A DNA stretch of 10,445 bases from Paraspadella gotoi (taxonomy: Eukaryota > Animalia > Chaetognatha), in contig JBJCIZ010000332.1 of NCBI GenBank assembly GCA_051294375.1, positions 1 to 10,445 on the forward strand, in the 5' to 3' direction. The position numbers were made by a program, and so were the translations under genes. The notes under the pieces were generated by a model. The model saw only the letters and a program-made list of their open reading frames with translations. It searched no databases and was not told the DNA's origin. Position 1 is the stretch's first letter. Each line of letters starts with the position of its first letter. This document shows, piece after piece, positions 8,796 to 10,445 of the stretch.

Positions 8796-9670
8796 GTTCT
8801 AGTTATGGCGATTTCACCTAAACTAAAACTCAGATTAGGGTTAGGGTGAGGGTTGATTGGTTTAGGATTAGGGTTGATTGGTAGTAGTTAGGGTTAGGGT
8901 TGAGTAGTTTAGGGCTAGGTTGAGTAGTTTTTATTAATGTCATTTTAGGATAGGGGTAGGGAGGGTGTTTGTGATGACCAAGAGGCCCGCGTTAGGCTTA
9001 GGGAAGTATTGGCGAGGGACATTAGGGATTAGGGTTGAGGCACGGAGATGTACGCGGAGGCCTGGCCCGGTTTAGGGTTAGGTTGGGAGAGAGGCCCGTG
9101 TTTATATATCAAAGGCGATTAGAGTTAGGGTTGAGGTACGGAGATGTAGAAGGAGGCCGCGGCCTGGGTTAGGGTTAGGGAGAGGCATGGAGTGAACGGG
9201 AGGCTTGGTTTAGGGTTAGGGTTGGGGGAGGGACCCATGGTTGATGCATCGAAGGGCGGTTAGGGTTAGGGTTGAGGCAACGGAGATGTACGCGGAGGCC
9301 TGGCCTGGGTTAGGGTTTAGGGGAGAGCACCAGAGTTGAACGGGAGGCTTGGTTTAGGGTTAGCATTGGGGAGGACCCGTGGTTGTTGCAACAAAGGCAG
9401 TTTAGGGTTAGGGTTGAGGCATGACAATGATCGGGAGGCCCAGGCCCGGGTTTAGGGTTAGGGGAGAGGCACAGAGTTGAACGGAGGTTTGGTTTTTAGG
9501 GTTAGGGTTGGGAGAGGATCCTGTAGGTGATGTTCTATCCCTTTGTTAGCTGCGCTTTTCAGTATATTCGCTACTTTTATCACTGGCGAGGTCGCCAGTG
9601 GGAGGACTGGCTGACATCGCCAAAGCCCTGGCGATATCGCCATGGCGAAGTCGCCACACCAACTAGAACC
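8796..9670 (-). mobile_element. Telomere-repeat-bearing TIR element, copy 2 (apparently complete, ~875 bp)
   Basis: Imperfect TIRs GTTCTAGTTATGGCGATTTCACC (8796-8818) and GGCGAAGTCGCCACACCAACTAGAACC (9644-9670); internal TTAGGG-rich composite repeat; no coding capacity; no clear TSD seen. Confidence 0.75.
9020..9515 (+). repeat. ~141 bp composite repeat of three blocks separated by TTAGGG doublets
   Basis: TTGAGG(C/T)A recurs at 9131, 9272 and 9413. Blocks are A GTTGAGGCACGGAGATGTACGCGGAGGCCTGGCCTGGG, B GGAGAGGCA..GAGTTGAACGGGAGGCTTGG and C GGGGAGGACCC.TGGTTGATGCATCGAAGGC.G. Confidence 0.85.
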
Positions 9671-9807
9671 TCGATTTATTAACAGCCAAAAACTGTTATG
9701 AATTTTAAGTCATTGATTTATTTTTTCAAAACTGTTAATCATCAATTATTACTTATAAATAATACTTATGTCACAACCGCACTGAATGCCTGACTGCAGG
9801 TGGCTGT

Positions 9808-10113
9808 GGTATTCCTCCCCGCAGGGATTCCTCCAACTGGATTCTTCCCACACGGGATTCTCCCACGCGGATTCCTCCTATGGATTCCTCCCACTCTGGA
9901 TTCCTCCCACACGGAATTCCTCCCACACAGGATTTCTCCCACACGTGATACTCCCACGCGGGATTACTCCCACACCGATTATCTCCACACAGGGATTCCT
10001 CCAACACGGGATTTCTCCACACGGGATTCGTCCCACGCGGGATATCTCCCACACTGATTCCTCCTACATGGATTCCTCCCACACGCGATTCCTTCCCACA
10101 CGGATCTCTCCCC
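9808..10113. repeat. 16-17 bp minisatellite (GGGATTCCTCCCACAC)n
   Basis: Roughly 18 degenerate tandem units; explains the four overlapping ORFs here. Confidence 0.9.
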
Positions 10114-10145
10114 TAAATTGCTGATTAACTTTCTTGTGATGTTCC

Positions 10146-10445
10146 ACTCTATATTCACTTTGTCAGTCCGTCGGTCCCACCCCTAAATATTGTCGGTACA
10201 TCATTATTATCATATCAGAACCTCGAATTATGATAAATTATGCCAAAAAAATGATGTCCGTCCGTCCGTCCCCCCTTAGCAAAAAACTCCAATTACTTGT
10301 GACTGGATGGATGGATTGGTATAAAATTTTGTGTGTAGGTAGGAAACTGTGTGATTGATATGGATATGAAGTTTCGATGGAATCGTGCGAGTGAAAAAGA
10401 GTTAGAATGGAAAAAACAAAAGTCATATTTACTTGAAGTATTTTT
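10146..10445 (+). mobile_element. Second DINE/HINE-like copy, lacking the 5' hairpin and running off the window end
   Basis: ACTCTATATTCACTTTGTCAGTCCGTC...AATATTGTCGG...TCAGAAC.TCGAAT.ATGATAAATTATGC...GTCCGTCCGTCC...CTTAGCAAAAAACT is colinear with ~3020-3330. Confidence 0.85.

Noticed and set aside
7140-8930. True telomere or end-to-end chromosome fusion site
   Set aside because: Tracts are short, degenerate and embedded in element copies. The order CCCTAA...TTAGGG is opposite to the TTAGGG-CCCTAA fusion signature.
9020-9515. CRISPR-like repeat-spacer appearance (also 4728-5060)
   Set aside because: The spacers are themselves repeated periodically, there are no cas genes, and the context appears eukaryotic.
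9766-10124. Four overlapping ORFs
   Set aside because: Stop-poor minisatellite open on both strands.

Overview
AT-rich, apparently eukaryotic (probably invertebrate, inferred from TTAGGG-type repeats) intergenic DNA built almost entirely from repeats and non-autonomous mobile elements. No convincing protein-coding gene is present; most ORF-track entries are translations of simple or tandem repeats. The main signal is a pair of minimal type I hammerhead ribozyme motifs of the kind described in Penelope-like elements. One has an intact core (5886-5940, +) and one a damaged core (2918-2969, -). They sit in homologous inverted arms pointing outward from both ends of a ~2.9 kb DINE-1/Helentron-associated (HINE)-like element. 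A second element family occurs as two inverted ~0.9 kb copies (6389-7327 and 8796-9670). It has short TIRs, clustered TGGCGA-NN-TCGCCA palindromes and a ~141 bp composite repeat punctuated by TTAGGG doublets. The rest is micro/minisatellites, MITE-like ends and a fold-back segment. All alignments and coordinates were read by eye; element boundaries are approximate.
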